Source of the DNA: Eubacteriales bacterium
GTDB lineage: Bacteria; Bacillota; Clostridia; Oscillospirales; CAG-272
DNA length: 41,503 bases
Direction: 5' to 3'
Assembly: GCA_045580585.1 (NCBI GenBank)
Contig: JAZNOD010000154.1
Span: forward strand, 1-41,503
Numbering within the stretch: the first letter of the stretch is position 1; every line of letters begins with the position of its first letter. Both the position numbers and the translations under genes were made by a program. Of the stretch, positions 17,420 through 27,409 are shown piece after piece. The notes under the pieces were generated by a model, which was not told the origin of the DNA, searched no databases, and saw only the letters and a program-made list of their open reading frames with translations.

Positions 17420-20400
17420 TTGTATCTGAAGCAAATTGAAATGCAGGGCTTCAAGTCATTTCCCGACAGGACGCGGCTTGCCTTTGAGCCCGGCGCAACG
17501 GTCATTATAGGACCTAACGGAAGCGGAAAATCGAATATTTCCGATGCTATGCGCTGGGTGCTTGGTGAGATATCGTCAAAGTCCCTCAGGGGCGCGAAAA
17601 TGGAGGATATCATCTTCGGCGGCTCTGACAGCCGCAAGCCCATGGGATATGCCGAGGTGTCGGTCACTTTTGGCAACAGCCAGTCTGGGGGCAAACTTGA
17701 CTGTCCCTATGATGAGGTCACGGTCACACGCCGTTATTACCGCAACGGTGACAGCGAATACTTTATAAATCGCAAGAGCGTAAGACTGCGCGACATTTAC
17801 GAGCTGTTTCTTAATACAGGTATCGGACGCGACGGTTACTCCATAATCGGTCAGGGTAGAATTGCCGAAATAGTTTCCCGTAAGAGTGATGAGCGCCGCG
17901 GAATATTTGAAGATGCCGCAGGCATTGCCAAATTCCGCCATCGCAAGAACGAGGCAGAAAGAAAACTTGCCGCAACCGAGAACAACATGGAGCGCGCGCA
18001 AGACGTTATAGACGTAATCGGAAGCCGCTTGGGGACGCTGGAGCGTGAGAGTATCAAGGCAAAGCGCTTCCTTGAATACAGCGAGATAAAGCGCAAGGCT
18101 GACGTTCAGCTTTGGCTTTATGACACCGAGTTTTTGCGCAACGATATAGCTAAGGCGGAAAATGAGTTAAAGCTTACCGATATCGAGCTCGATGAGGCTG
18201 CCGAAGCTGTGGCTTCCCTTGAGACGCAAGAGGAAAGACTCAACACTCTTGCTGTCGAAAATAAGGCAGAGTCAGCAAGGATATTTGAAGAGATCAGGCT
18301 CAGAACACGCGAAAATTATGAGCTTGATTCCGAAATAAAGGTTACCGAAACCAAAATAACGCATGCGGAGGCATCTGCCGCATCAGACAAGGATGCCGCG
18401 GCGGCACTTCGCGCTTCCGCTAAGGCGGAGTGCGACAACGCCGCATCTAAGGAGGCGGAGGCACAAAAGCTCGCGGATGAAGCGAGCGCTCTCGCCGCCG
18501 AAGAAAGGGAAACTACCGCCGCCGCCGCACGTGCCGATCTTGCCGCGGAAAAGCTTGATGACGCTATCGCTGTTGCGTTTGATGAGATATCCGCATCCAA
18601 GGCGGAGCTTTCGGACGTTAACGCGAGGCTTGAGCTTCTCGGTAAAGCGGGCGATGAGGAGCAGGATAGAGACGAGGCGGCGCGCCGTGACGTGGGCGAG
18701 CGCGAGAAGATCGCCGCCCAGCATACCGCCGAATGTGCGGACAGCGAGCTTGCTATCGCCCAGTATAATGCAAAGCTTGCTGAGAACGGTGCGATTCTTG
18801 AAAAGAAGCAAAAACGTTCCGATGAAATGCACAAAACAAGCGAGGCGGCAGCGGCAGAGCTTACCGCGCTCAGCGTAAGACGAGATACTCTTTCAGGTAA
18901 GATAGAGGCACTTCGTCGAATGGAGGAGCATTTCGAAGGCTACAACAACAGCGTAAAGCACGTTATGCGTGCGTACCGCGAGGGAAGGATAAGAGCAGGG
19001 CGTATTCACGGTCCGCTTTCCTCACTCATTCAGGTAGAAAGCAGATATGTTACCGCTATTGAGACCGCGCTTGGCGCGGCTATACAAAATATAGTTGTCG
19101 AGGACGAAAGAACTGCGCGCACCGCTATTGAGTGCTTAAAGCGCGACAGCGCGGGCAGAGCCACGTTCTTCCCACTCACATCCGTCAAGCCTATCGGAAG
19201 TCCCAGCCGCGAAATGCAGGAGGCGGCAAATTGCAAGGGCTATATAGGCATCGCATCACAGCTTGTATCCGCTGACAGCGTTTATTCGTCGATACTCTCG
19301 TCGATGCTCGGAAGGATAGTAATATTCGACACGCTTGAAAACGCTACGGAAATGGCGAAAAAGGTCAGATACAGCGTTCGTACCGTCACTCTTGACGGAC
19401 AGCAGATAAACCGTGACGGCTCGTTTACAGGCGGCTCGGTACGCACGGGCAGCGGAATACTCACCCGCGCAGATGAGATAAAGCGAATGAGCCGTGAGCT
19501 TGCGGAAGCGACTGAAAAGAGCGAAAAACTCACCCAAAAGCTTGACACCCTAAACAGCGAGCTTGCCTCGCTTGATGAGGAGATTGCCTTTGATGAAAAC
19601 GAGAGAAAGCTTATTGAAACGCTCCGCGCTGTTGAGGAAGCAAAGCTTGAAAAGGCGCGCGAAACGCTTGAAGCGGACCGTGAGCTTCTCGAAAAATTCC
19701 GTGCTGACCTTTTAAGCGTAGCAGGTGAGCAGGAAAGAAGAAAGGCAGAGATGGCAACCCTTGAGGTGAAGGCACGTGAGCTTGCGGAAAAGATAAGCGA
19801 GCTTGAGGCGTACAGGGCGGAGCGTGCCGCAGAGCACGGAAGCTTGCTGGTCGAAAGGGATTCCCTGAATGCAAAGGCTATGCGGATTACGGTGCGTATA
19901 TCCGAGCTTCGCCGCGATATAGAGAGCTGTAACGCAATGGCTGATATGGCTCACGGCAAAGCAAAGAGCTTTGAGGCGGATGCCGCCGAAAAGGATGCGC
20001 GCGTAAACGAGAGCCGACGCATCGTAAAGGAATTGAAAGAAAAGCTTTCAAGCATACTTGCCGAGCAGACCGAGGGCGCGGAGGCGCTTTCGGAGCTTAA
20101 CCGCCGCCGTGACGATAGTGAGGCGGGCGGAATGGAGCTTGAACGTAAGCTTTCCGATATTCGCCGCATCTCGCGCGATCGCCAGACACGCAAGGACGAG
20201 CTTATGCAGATGAAGCTCCGCCGCGAGACGGCTCTCGCACAGCTTCGTTCACAGCTCGACGCGACATCGCAAAAGTTCTGGGATGAGCATGAGCTTACCC
20301 GTGCGCAAGCGCTTGAATTCGGCTATGAGCCGATCACAGCCGAGGAACGTCCGGCGGTAATCCAGATACAGACCGAATACCGCAACAAGATAAGAAATAT

Positions 20401-21034
20401 CGGCGCGACTAATCCTGCCGCTATTGAGGAATATCAGACAGAACGAGCAAAGTACGATGAGCTTACAGCGCAGATGGCTGATCTTGTCAAGGCTAAAAAC
20501 GAGCTTGAAAAGGTCATAGTTCAGCTTGAAGGCGAGATGAAAAAGGCATTTGTGACCTCGTTCGATCAGATAAACGAAAACTTTGGAAAGACGTTTACCG
20601 AGCTTTTCGGCGGAGGTTCTGCCGAGCTTTTACTCACCGATCCCGACAACGTTCTTGAAAGCGGAATCGAGATAAAGGCGGCACCCCCGGGCAAGATAAT
20701 TAAATCGCTCATGCAGCTTTCGGGCGGTGAGCAGGCGTTTATCGCCATTGCGCTGTTTTTTGCCATACTTCAGGTCAATCCCACCCCGTTCTGTATTCTG
20801 GACGAGATAGAGGCGGCGCTTGACGAGGTCAACGTAGAGAGATTTGCGCAGTACATCAGACGTTACTCGGATGATACGCAGTTTATACTTATTACACACC
20901 GCCGCGGCACAATGAATGCCGCAGATCGCCTGTACGGCGTAACGATGCCCGAGTCGGGCATCTCCAAGATACTCACCCTCGACGTTGCTGATATAGCTAA
21001 CAAGAAGGGCGGTATCTGGGACGAGCTTAACTAA
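17420..21034 (+). CDS. smc: Chromosome partition protein SMC
   Basis: The 1204-aa product has the Walker A GPNGSGKSN, long coiled coils, a hinge, the signature LSGGE and Walker B FCILDEIEAALD. It has a TTG start with GGAGG 8 nt upstream. Confidence 0.97.
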   Translation: MYLKQIEMQGFKSFPDRTRLAFEPGATVIIGPNGSGKSNISDAMRWVLGEISSKSLRGAKMEDIIFGGSDSRKPMGYAEVSVTFGNSQSGGKLDCPYDEVTVTRRYYRNGDSEYFINRKSVRLRDIYELFLNTGIGRDGYSIIGQGRIAEIVSRKSDERRGIFEDAAGIAKFRHRKNEAERKLAATENNMERAQDVIDVIGSRLGTLERESIKAKRFLEYSEIKRKADVQLWLYDTEFLRNDIAKAENELKLTDIELDEAAEAVASLETQEERLNTLAVENKAESARIFEEIRLRTRENYELDSEIKVTETKITHAEASAASDKDAAAALRASAKAECDNAASKEAEAQKLADEASALAAEERETTAAAARADLAAEKLDDAIAVAFDEISASKAELSDVNARLELLGKAGDEEQDRDEAARRDVGEREKIAAQHTAECADSELAIAQYNAKLAENGAILEKKQKRSDEMHKTSEAAAAELTALSVRRDTLSGKIEALRRMEEHFEGYNNSVKHVMRAYREGRIRAGRIHGPLSSLIQVESRYVTAIETALGAAIQNIVVEDERTARTAIECLKRDSAGRATFFPLTSVKPIGSPSREMQEAANCKGYIGIASQLVSADSVYSSILSSMLGRIVIFDTLENATEMAKKVRYSVRTVTLDGQQINRDGSFTGGSVRTGSGILTRADEIKRMSRELAEATEKSEKLTQKLDTLNSELASLDEEIAFDENERKLIETLRAVEEAKLEKARETLEADRELLEKFRADLLSVAGEQERRKAEMATLEVKARELAEKISELEAYRAERAAEHGSLLVERDSLNAKAMRITVRISELRRDIESCNAMADMAHGKAKSFEADAAEKDARVNESRRIVKELKEKLSSILAEQTEGAEALSELNRRRDDSEAGGMELERKLSDIRRISRDRQTRKDELMQMKLRRETALAQLRSQLDATSQKFWDEHELTRAQALEFGYEPITAEERPAVIQIQTEYRNKIRNIGATNPAAIEEYQTERAKYDELTAQMADLVKAKNELEKVIVQLEGEMKKAFVTSFDQINENFGKTFTELFGGGSAELLLTDPDNVLESGIEIKAAPPGKIIKSLMQLSGGEQAFIAIALFFAILQVNPTPFCILDEIEAALDEVNVERFAQYIRRYSDDTQFILITHRRGTMNAADRLYGVTMPESGISKILTLDVADIANKKGGIWDELN

Positions 21035-21051
21035 CGAAGGGAGAAGGCAAA

Positions 21052-21957
21052 TTGGGCTTCTTTGATAAACTTAAAGCAGGACTCGGCAAGACAAAAAACG
21101 CTCTGTTCGGTCAGATCGACAACGTGCTTCGCAGCTTCGTCAAGATCGACGAGGAGGCGCTTGAGGAGCTTGAGGAGATACTGATATGCGCCGACGTTGG
21201 CGTGACCGCAGCCGAGGAGATCATCGACGAGCTTCGCGAAAGAATAAAGGATGACAGGATCAAGTCTCGCGAGGACACAGAGGTTGCTTTGCGTGAGATA
21301 ATCACGGAAATGATAGGCGAGGGCGAGCCTCTTGCGCTCAATACTACGCCTTCCGTACTTCTTGTTATCGGCGTAAACGGAGCAGGAAAGACAACGTCCG
21401 TTGGCAAAATATCTAACAGACTTCGCGCCGAGGGAAAAAAAGTCGTCGTTGCGGCGGCGGATACCTTCCGCGCCGCCGCTATCGACCAGCTTGCTGTGTG
21501 GTGCGATAGAGCAGGTGTTGAGCTTATCCGTCAGAATGAGGGTTCAGATCCCGCTGCCGTTGTGTACGATGCCGCAAATTATGCGAGAAGCCACGGCGCG
21601 GACGTATTGATAGTTGACACCGCGGGAAGACTGCATAACAAGAAAAATCTTATGAACGAGCTTGCCTAGATAAACCGCGTTATTGACCGTGAGCTTCCGG
21701 GTGCGGCAAGAGAGAATCTTCTCGTTCTTGACGCTACCACGGATCAGAATGCAATACTTCAGGCAAAAGAATTCAAAAATGCCGCAGAGCTTACGGGACT
21801 TGTCCTCAATAAACTTGACGGCACGGCAAAGGGCGGTATTGTTCTCTCTATCCGCCGTGAGCTTGGACTGCCGGTCAAATTTATCGGTGTAGGCGAAAAG
21901 ATAGACGATATGCAGGAGTTTGATGCCGAGGAATTTACCAGAGCGCTTTTTGAATGA
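21052..21957 (+). CDS. ftsY: Signal-recognition-particle receptor FtsY, interrupted by one in-frame TAG (21667-21669)
   Basis: It has a TTG start. Codons 1-205 carry G1 GVNGAGKTT and G3 DTAGR. After the TAG, the SAME frame continues for 95 sense codons as [35 protein letters not shown]...[11 protein letters not shown]...[19 protein letters not shown], ending at the TGA at 21955-21957. The gene is therefore contiguous apart from a single nonsense codon, with no frameshift. Confidence 0.85.
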
Positions 21958-21958
21958 T

Positions 21959-22594
21959 ATGAAGATACTTATAGCATCAAAAAACAAGGGCAAAATATCC
22001 GAGCTCCAAAGACTTCTTTCGGGGCATATTATGGGTGAGAGCGTTGAACTTTTGTCGCTTGACGACGTTGGATTTGTCGGGGATATCGAGGAGGACGGAA
22101 GCACGTTTGCTCAAAACGCCATGATAAAGGCAAACGCCGCCGCAAAGTTTTCGGGACTTATTTCCGTAGCTGACGATTCAGGACTTGAGGTAAACGCCCT
22201 CGGGGGCGAGCCCGGGATCTACTCGGCGCGATATGCAGGCGAGCAGCACGACGATGCCGCGAACAATGAAAAACTTCTTTCGCGCCTTGCGGATAAAAAT
22301 GACCGCAGCGCCGCGTTCGTTTGCTGTATGGCGTGCGTTTTCCCCAAGGATTTTGCGGAGTACGGCGATGATTTTACCGTATTCGGCAGGTGCGGCGGTG
22401 AGATAATAGATGAATACCGCGGACAGGGCGGCTTTGGATATGATCCTTTGTTCCTTGTGCCCGAGTTTGGTAAGACCTTTGCCGAAATGAGCGCAGAGGA
22501 AAAAAATGCGGTAAGCCACCGCGGAAAAGCGGTTGAGCTTTTGGGACAAGAGCTTTCCGCAAGAATAAAAATAAAAAATAAGGAAAAAATATGA
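21959..22594 (+). CDS. rdgB: Non-canonical purine NTP pyrophosphatase (RdgB/HAM1 family)
   Basis: [15 protein letters not shown]..., ADDSGLEV and FGYDPLF motifs are present. The start is placed at the ATG at 21959, 1 nt after the ftsY stop. Confidence 0.9.
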   Translation: MKILIASKNKGKISELQRLLSGHIMGESVELLSLDDVGFVGDIEEDGSTFAQNAMIKANAAAKFSGLISVADDSGLEVNALGGEPGIYSARYAGEQHDDAANNEKLLSRLADKNDRSAAFVCCMACVFPKDFAEYGDDFTVFGRCGGEIIDEYRGQGGFGYDPLFLVPEFGKTFAEMSAEEKNAVSHRGKAVELLGQELSARIKIKNKEKI

Positions 22595-22881
22595 GTCTTA
22601 CTTCAAAGGGACCAGCATATCTTCGCTCGCTTGCCGTAAACGAGCCCACCATTATGCAGGTGGGTAAGGACGGTATAACAGATAATCTTGTGAAAACCGT
22701 ATCCGATGCGCTTGAGGCGCGCGAACTGATAAAGCTCTCGGTGCTTGAAAACAGCGAGGAATCACCGAGAAGCGCCGCCGAGGCACTTGCCGAGGCAACA
22801 GGAGCTTACGTGGTTTGTACGATAGGACGCAAAATAGTCCTTTACCGTGAGTCCGAAACTCACAAAAAAATAGAATTATGA
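22591..22881 (+). CDS. yhbY: YhbY/CRM-domain ribosome-assembly RNA-binding protein
   Basis: The 96-aa product contains MQVGKDGITDNLVKTVSDALEARELIK. It sits in front of nadD-yqeK-rsfS, as in B. subtilis yqeI. It has an ATGA overlap with rdgB. Confidence 0.85.
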   Translation: MSLTSKGPAYLRSLAVNEPTIMQVGKDGITDNLVKTVSDALEARELIKLSVLENSEESPRSAAEALAEATGAYVVCTIGRKIVLYRESETHKKIEL

Positions 22882-23498
22882 TAAACGGAATCAGGCGGAT
22901 AGGTATATACGGCGGTACGTTTTCGCCGCCGCATAGAGGACACGTGGAGGCGGCGCGCGCTTTTATGAAGCAGATGCGCCTTGACTATCTGTACGTTATC
23001 CCTACCGCTACTGCGCCTCATAAGCAGCTTGAAAGCACGGTCGACGCGCGGCATCGCCTGCGTATGTGCGAGCTTGCGTTTGCGGATGTCGATGGTGTCA
23101 TAGTCAGCGATATGGAGATAAAGCGCGGCGGTGTCAGCTATACTGTCGACACGCTCCGCGAGCTTTCCGCCCCCGACGCACGGCTGTTTCTGCTGTGCGG
23201 AACGGATATGCTGCTGACACTTGATAAATGGCGCGAGGCAGAGGAGATTTTCCGCCTATGCTACCCGATATACATCAGGCGTGAGAACGATCCGATAATG
23301 AGCGCGCGCATACTGTCAAGAATCACGGAATACACCGAAAAATATAATGCCGTTATCCGCCGTGTAGTTACAGAACCTATAGAGATATCTTCAACAGAGA
23401 TCAGGCGCAGGCTTGCGACAGGCGAGAGCGTTGATGGAGTTGTGCCGAGCGCGGTGGAGGATTATATACGCCGCAACCGACTTTACGGAGCAGAATAA
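22878..23498 (+). CDS. nadD: Nicotinate-nucleotide adenylyltransferase
   Basis: The nucleotidyltransferase motif GIYGGTFSPPHRGH is present. It has an ATGA overlap with yhbY. Confidence 0.93.
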   Translation: MINGIRRIGIYGGTFSPPHRGHVEAARAFMKQMRLDYLYVIPTATAPHKQLESTVDARHRLRMCELAFADVDGVIVSDMEIKRGGVSYTVDTLRELSAPDARLFLLCGTDMLLTLDKWREAEEIFRLCYPIYIRRENDPIMSARILSRITEYTEKYNAVIRRVVTEPIEISSTEIRRRLATGESVDGVVPSAVEDYIRRNRLYGAE

Positions 23499-23499
23499 T

Positions 23500-24138
23500 A
23501 TGTTTGAGCCAAAGGATGAACGATTAGCCGAGCTGCGAGAGCAGATAAAAGAAAGCTTGAGCCCCAAGCGAGCAGGACATATCCTTGCCGTAGAGGATAT
23601 GGCGGTGCGCCTCGGCAAGCTTTACACAAAAACAGAGGAAAGCGAGCGCATACTTCGCGCTGCCGCCCTTCTTCATGACGTGACAAAGGAGAAAAAGGGC
23701 GAGGAACAGCTCGCTCTTTGCAAAAAATACAACATTAAGCTGACCGCGGAGGAGCTTTGCGCTCCCAAAACGCATCACGCACGCACGGCGACAGAAAAAA
23801 TACGCGCGGACTATCCCGATCTTGCAGACGAGAGAGTGCTGTCCGCCGTTCGCTATCATACTACGGGCAGAGAAGCTATGAGCATATATGAAAAGCTCAT
23901 TTTCCTTGCTGATTATATCGACGATAGCAGAACGTTTCCCGATTGTGTAAGGCTGCGCTCTCTTTTTTGGGATGCGGATCCCGATAGCATGACGTCCACA
24001 GAGCGTGAAAAGCATCTTGACACCGTGCTGATAACCGCCTTTGATATGACGATATCGGGCTTGCTTGAGGACGGCGCGGTTATTCACCCAGACACCATTG
24101 CGGCGAGAAATTATCTTGTCAGCCATAAAAATATATGA
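23500..24138 (+). CDS. yqeK: HD-domain protein YqeK (bis(5'-nucleosyl)-tetraphosphatase family)
   Basis: The HD motif LLHDVTK is present and the gene occupies the conserved nadD-yqeK-rsfS position. The start is moved to the ATG at 23500, directly after the nadD stop. Confidence 0.85.
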   Translation: MFEPKDERLAELREQIKESLSPKRAGHILAVEDMAVRLGKLYTKTEESERILRAAALLHDVTKEKKGEEQLALCKKYNIKLTAEELCAPKTHHARTATEKIRADYPDLADERVLSAVRYHTTGREAMSIYEKLIFLADYIDDSRTFPDCVRLRSLFWDADPDSMTSTEREKHLDTVLITAFDMTISGLLEDGAVIHPDTIAARNYLVSHKNI

Positions 24139-24161
24139 AAAAACTCATCGGAGGAAAAATT

Positions 24162-24578
24162 ATGGATAATGAAACAGTAAAGATCCCCGAGATCAAGCTT
24201 GACGATGCGGGAAAGCCTATGTCGGACTCTCTTGCAGAGGAGATCTATCATATTCTTGACGCCAAGAACGCCGAGAACGCATCGGTTATCAAGGTAACTG
24301 AAAAGACCGACCTGACCGACTATTTTGTACTTGCGACTGCGAAATCTACGACCCACGTGCGCGCGCTTGAGGATGAGGTTGAATACCGCATCGGTCTTGC
24401 GGGCATCAAGCCCGACCGTGCCGAGGGTAGGGGTGCCGGTAACTCGTGGATGGTCATCGATTACGGAAACGTCATCGTTCACATCTTTAATCGCGAAGCG
24501 CGCGAGTTTTATAATATTGACAAGCTCTATTCAGATGCGGAAAAGATAGAGATCAAATCACGCATCAGCGAAGAATAA
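24162..24578 (+). CDS. rsfS: Ribosomal silencing factor RsfS (iojap)
   Basis: The core FVLATAKSTTHVRALEDEV...WMVIDYGNVIVHIF is present. GGAGGA lies 8 nt before the ATG at 24162. The ATG at 24135 (ATGA overlap with yqeK) is an alternative start. Confidence 0.88.
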   Translation: MDNETVKIPEIKLDDAGKPMSDSLAEEIYHILDAKNAENASVIKVTEKTDLTDYFVLATAKSTTHVRALEDEVEYRIGLAGIKPDRAEGRGAGNSWMVIDYGNVIVHIFNREAREFYNIDKLYSDAEKIEIKSRISEE

Positions 24579-24597
24579 ATCACTTGGGAGAATAGCT

Positions 24598-27012
24598 ATG
24601 AAGTATAATTTCAGCGAGATAGAAAAGAAATGGCAGGACAGATGGGACGCGGAGGGCGCATTCCGTGCCGCTGATCCCGGGGAAAAAGGCTCTGAAAAGA
24701 AGAAGTTTTACGCACTTGTCGAGTTTCCGTATCCCAGCGGAGCAGGAATGCACGTAGGTCATATCAAGGCATATTCGGGACTTGAGGTCGTTTCGCGTAA
24801 ACGCCGTATGGAGGGCTACAATGTAATGTTCCCCATGGGATTTGACGCATTTGGACTGCCCACCGAGAACTATGCTATAAAGACGGGTATGCATCCCCGT
24901 GCGGTTACGGATAAAAATATTGAAAAGTTCACTTCCCAGCTTCGTCGTGTAGGCTTTGCCTTTGACTGGGAAAGAGTTGTCGACACCACCGAGGAGGACT
25001 ATTACAAGTGGACGCAGTGGATATTCCTCAAAATGTTTGAGGCGGGACTCGCATTCCGCGACACCGCGCTTGTAAACTACTGTCCCTCTTGTAAAGTCGT
25101 TCTTTCCAACGAGGACTCGCAGGGCGGCAAGTGTGATATATGCCACAGCGATATTATTCAGAAGTCCAAGGACGTTTGGTATCTGCGCATCACCGAGTAT
25201 GCGGACAAGCTCCTTTTCGGACTTGACGGAGTTGATTATCTGCCCAATATCAAGCAGCAGCAGGTCAACTGGATCGGACGCTCCGAGGGTGCGTTTGTCA
25301 ACTTTACCATTGCGGGCAAGGAGGACAAGCTCCGTATTTACACCACACGCCCCGATACGCTCTTTGGAGTTACCTTTATGGTTATGGCTCCCGAGCATCC
25401 GCTTATTGACAAGTATGCCGACAGCATCACCAATATGGCTGATATCGAGGCTTATCGCACCGAATGCTCCAAAAAGACCGAGTTCGAGCGCACCCAGCTC
25501 GTTAAGGAAAAGACGGGTGTTCGCATCGACGGCCTGACCGCTATCAATCCCATAAACGGCAAGGAGATCCCCATCTATATTGCCGATTACGTTATGATGG
25601 GCTACGGTACGGGCGCGATAATGGCAGTTCCCGCACACGATAGCCGTGACTATGAGTTTGCCCGCAAGTTTGGCATTGATATTATTGAGGTCATCAAGGG
25701 CGGAGATATCGAAAAGGAAGCGTATACGGGTGACGGCGAGGTCGTGAATTCCGGCTTCCTTAACGGATATAATAATAAGAAGGATTCCATCCGCCGCGCG
25801 ATAGAGGAGCTTGAAAAGCGTGGAACGGGCGAGGGCGGTGTTCAGTACAAGATGAAGGACTGGGCGTTCAACCGCCAGAGATATTGGGGTGAGCCCATCC
25901 CGATCGTACATTGTCCGCATTGCGGAATGGTTCCCGTTCCTTACGAGGAGCTTCCGCTGCGTCTGCCCAATATGACGGAGTTTGCACCCGGTCAGGGCGG
26001 TGAATCTCCCCTTGCGCGCATTGAGGAATACGTCAACTGCACTTGTCCCAAGTGCGGCAAGCCTGCAAAGCGTGAGACTGATACCATGCCTCAGTGGGCT
26101 GGCTCATCATGGTACTTCCTGCGCTACATCGATCCCAAAAACAATAATGCACTTGCTGATAGCGCAAAGCTTGATTATTGGCTCCCCGTTGACTGGTACA
26201 ATGGCGGAATGGAGCACGTTACACGCCATATGATCTACTCTCGCTTCTGGCATAAGTTCCTTTATGACATCGGGGCAGTTCCCACAGCCGAGCCCTATGC
26301 CAAGAGAACAGCTCAGGGACTCATTCTCGGTCCCGATGGCGAGAAAATGAGTAAATCAAAAGGTAATGTCGTTGACCCCAATGACGTTGTAAACGAGTTC
26401 GGGGCAGACGTTCTCCGCACGTACATTCTCTTTATGGGTGACTACGGCTCTGCCGCACCTTGGTCTGAAAGCAGCGTTAAGGGGTGTAAGAGATTCCTTG
26501 ACAGAGTTGCGGACCTTTACGATATTGCAAAGGGAAGCGGCGCGACGCCCGAGCTTGAAACCGCTTTCCACAAGACCATCAAAAAGGTCAGCGAGGACTA
26601 CGAGTCAATGAAGTTCAATACCGCTATCGCGGCTATGATGGGACTTATCAACGACATATTTGATCACGGCTCGCTCACGCGTGACGAGCTGAGCGTATTT
26701 ATCAAGCTCCTTTGTCCCGTAGCACCCCACCTTTGCGAGGAGATAAACGAAAAGCTTGGTAACAAAAAGCTTCTCTCGCTCTCCGAGTGGCCTACCTACG
26801 ACGAGGCAAAGACTATCGATTCGACTGTTGAAGTTGCCGTTCAGGTCAACGGAAAGCTTCGCGGCACGGTAATGCTTCCCGTTGATTGCCCGAAGGATGA
26901 CGCTATAGCCGCTGCAATGGCAGACGAGCGCGTTGCCGCCGCAATCGAAGGCAAGACTGTTGTAAAGCAGATAGCTGTTCCGAATAAAATAGTTAATATC
27001 GTAGTTAAATAA
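24598..27012 (+). CDS. leuS: Leucine--tRNA ligase
   Basis: The class I HIGH motif (GMHVGH) and the KMSKS motif (EKMSKSKGN) are present. The product is 804 aa. Confidence 0.97.
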   Translation: MKYNFSEIEKKWQDRWDAEGAFRAADPGEKGSEKKKFYALVEFPYPSGAGMHVGHIKAYSGLEVVSRKRRMEGYNVMFPMGFDAFGLPTENYAIKTGMHPRAVTDKNIEKFTSQLRRVGFAFDWERVVDTTEEDYYKWTQWIFLKMFEAGLAFRDTALVNYCPSCKVVLSNEDSQGGKCDICHSDIIQKSKDVWYLRITEYADKLLFGLDGVDYLPNIKQQQVNWIGRSEGAFVNFTIAGKEDKLRIYTTRPDTLFGVTFMVMAPEHPLIDKYADSITNMADIEAYRTECSKKTEFERTQLVKEKTGVRIDGLTAINPINGKEIPIYIADYVMMGYGTGAIMAVPAHDSRDYEFARKFGIDIIEVIKGGDIEKEAYTGDGEVVNSGFLNGYNNKKDSIRRAIEELEKRGTGEGGVQYKMKDWAFNRQRYWGEPIPIVHCPHCGMVPVPYEELPLRLPNMTEFAPGQGGESPLARIEEYVNCTCPKCGKPAKRETDTMPQWAGSSWYFLRYIDPKNNNALADSAKLDYWLPVDWYNGGMEHVTRHMIYSRFWHKFLYDIGAVPTAEPYAKRTAQGLILGPDGEKMSKSKGNVVDPNDVVNEFGADVLRTYILFMGDYGSAAPWSESSVKGCKRFLDRVADLYDIAKGSGATPELETAFHKTIKKVSEDYESMKFNTAIAAMMGLINDIFDHGSLTRDELSVFIKLLCPVAPHLCEEINEKLGNKKLLSLSEWPTYDEAKTIDSTVEVAVQVNGKLRGTVMLPVDCPKDDAIAAAMADERVAAAIEGKTVVKQIAVPNKIVNIVVK

Positions 27013-27022
27013 TTGTATATTA

Positions 27023-27051
27023 CGAAACCGAGCATGTATTGCTCGGTTTCG
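27023..27051 (+). terminator. Hairpin after leuS (atypical terminator)
   Basis: The hairpin is CGAAACCGAGC-atgtatt-GCTCGGTTTCG and the downstream tract is A-rich. Confidence 0.45.
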
Positions 27052-27081
27052 TAAAAAAATGCAAAAAAATCATATTTTCTA

Positions 27082-27110
27082 TTGACAATGGAAAACTAAT
27101 GATGTATAAT
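27082..27110 (+). promoter_or_regulatory. Consensus sigma-A promoter for rpsU
   Basis: Exact TTGACA, a 17-nt spacer, then TATAAT. Confidence 0.8.
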
Positions 27111-27150
27111 ACTTATGTTAATTTTTTAGTGGCGAGGGGAGGGAAAAAGA

Positions 27151-27327
27151 ATGGCAGAAGTAAAAGTCAGAGAAGGCGAATCGCTCGATAGCGCTCTTCG
27201 TCGCTTCAAGAGACAGTGCGCTCGCTCAGGCGTCCTCGCCGAGCTCCGTAAGAGAGAGCATTACGAGAAGCCCAGCGTAAAGCGTAAGAAGAAATCCGAA
27301 GCTGCAAGAAAGCGCAAGTATAAATAA
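27151..27327 (+). CDS. rpsU: 30S ribosomal protein S21
   Basis: It is below the ORF-track size cutoff. Translation gives [58 protein letters not shown] (58 aa), a canonical S21. A G-rich SD (GAGGGGAGGG) lies upstream. Confidence 0.93.
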   Translation: MAEVKVREGESLDSALRRFKRQCARSGVLAELRKREHYEKPSVKRKKKSEAARKRKYK

Positions 27328-27343
27328 TACTTGTCAATAAAAA

Positions 27344-27365
27344 GGGCTCTGCCGAGCCCTTTTTT
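27344..27365 (+). terminator. Intrinsic terminator after rpsU
   Basis: GGGCTC-tgcc-GAGCCC followed by T6. Confidence 0.8.
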
Positions 27366-27409
27366 GTGTTTGATCCATTTAAAACAAATACGATGATCTT
27401 GATATATTT

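Noticed and set aside
18316-18878. Ala/Ser/Arg-rich ORFs on both strands within smc (18316..18834, 18363..18878, 18383..18832)
   Set aside because: They are off-frame readings of the GC-rich, Ala/Glu-rich coiled-coil region of smc. The smc frame is continuous and conserved.
21667-21669. Pyrrolysine decoding of the ftsY TAG
   Set aside because: A Lys derivative at a Lys position is attractive, but no pyl genes, PYLIS-like context or methylamine methyltransferase genes are visible here, and Pyl use is not expected in a housekeeping GTPase. It is retained only as something a genome-wide pylTSBCD search would exclude.
21683-21892. 69-aa ORF downstream of the ftsY TAG
   Set aside because: It is out of frame with ftsY, and the ftsY frame encodes the conserved G4/G5 region across the same nucleotides. 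It is an artefact of ATG-to-stop ORF calling.
24580-25920. 446-aa ORF antisense to leuS; similar long antisense ORFs lie opposite topA (10848..11852), thrS (30283..31293), plsX (14316..15062) and rpmI-rplT (8087..8713)
   Set aside because: All lie entirely inside strongly supported housekeeping genes. They have no SD or promoter signals and show Leu/Arg/Ser-rich shadow composition. Stop-free antisense frames are an expected by-product of codon bias. The Rodin-Ohno sense/antisense aaRS idea is tempting for leuS and thrS, but nothing here supports expression.
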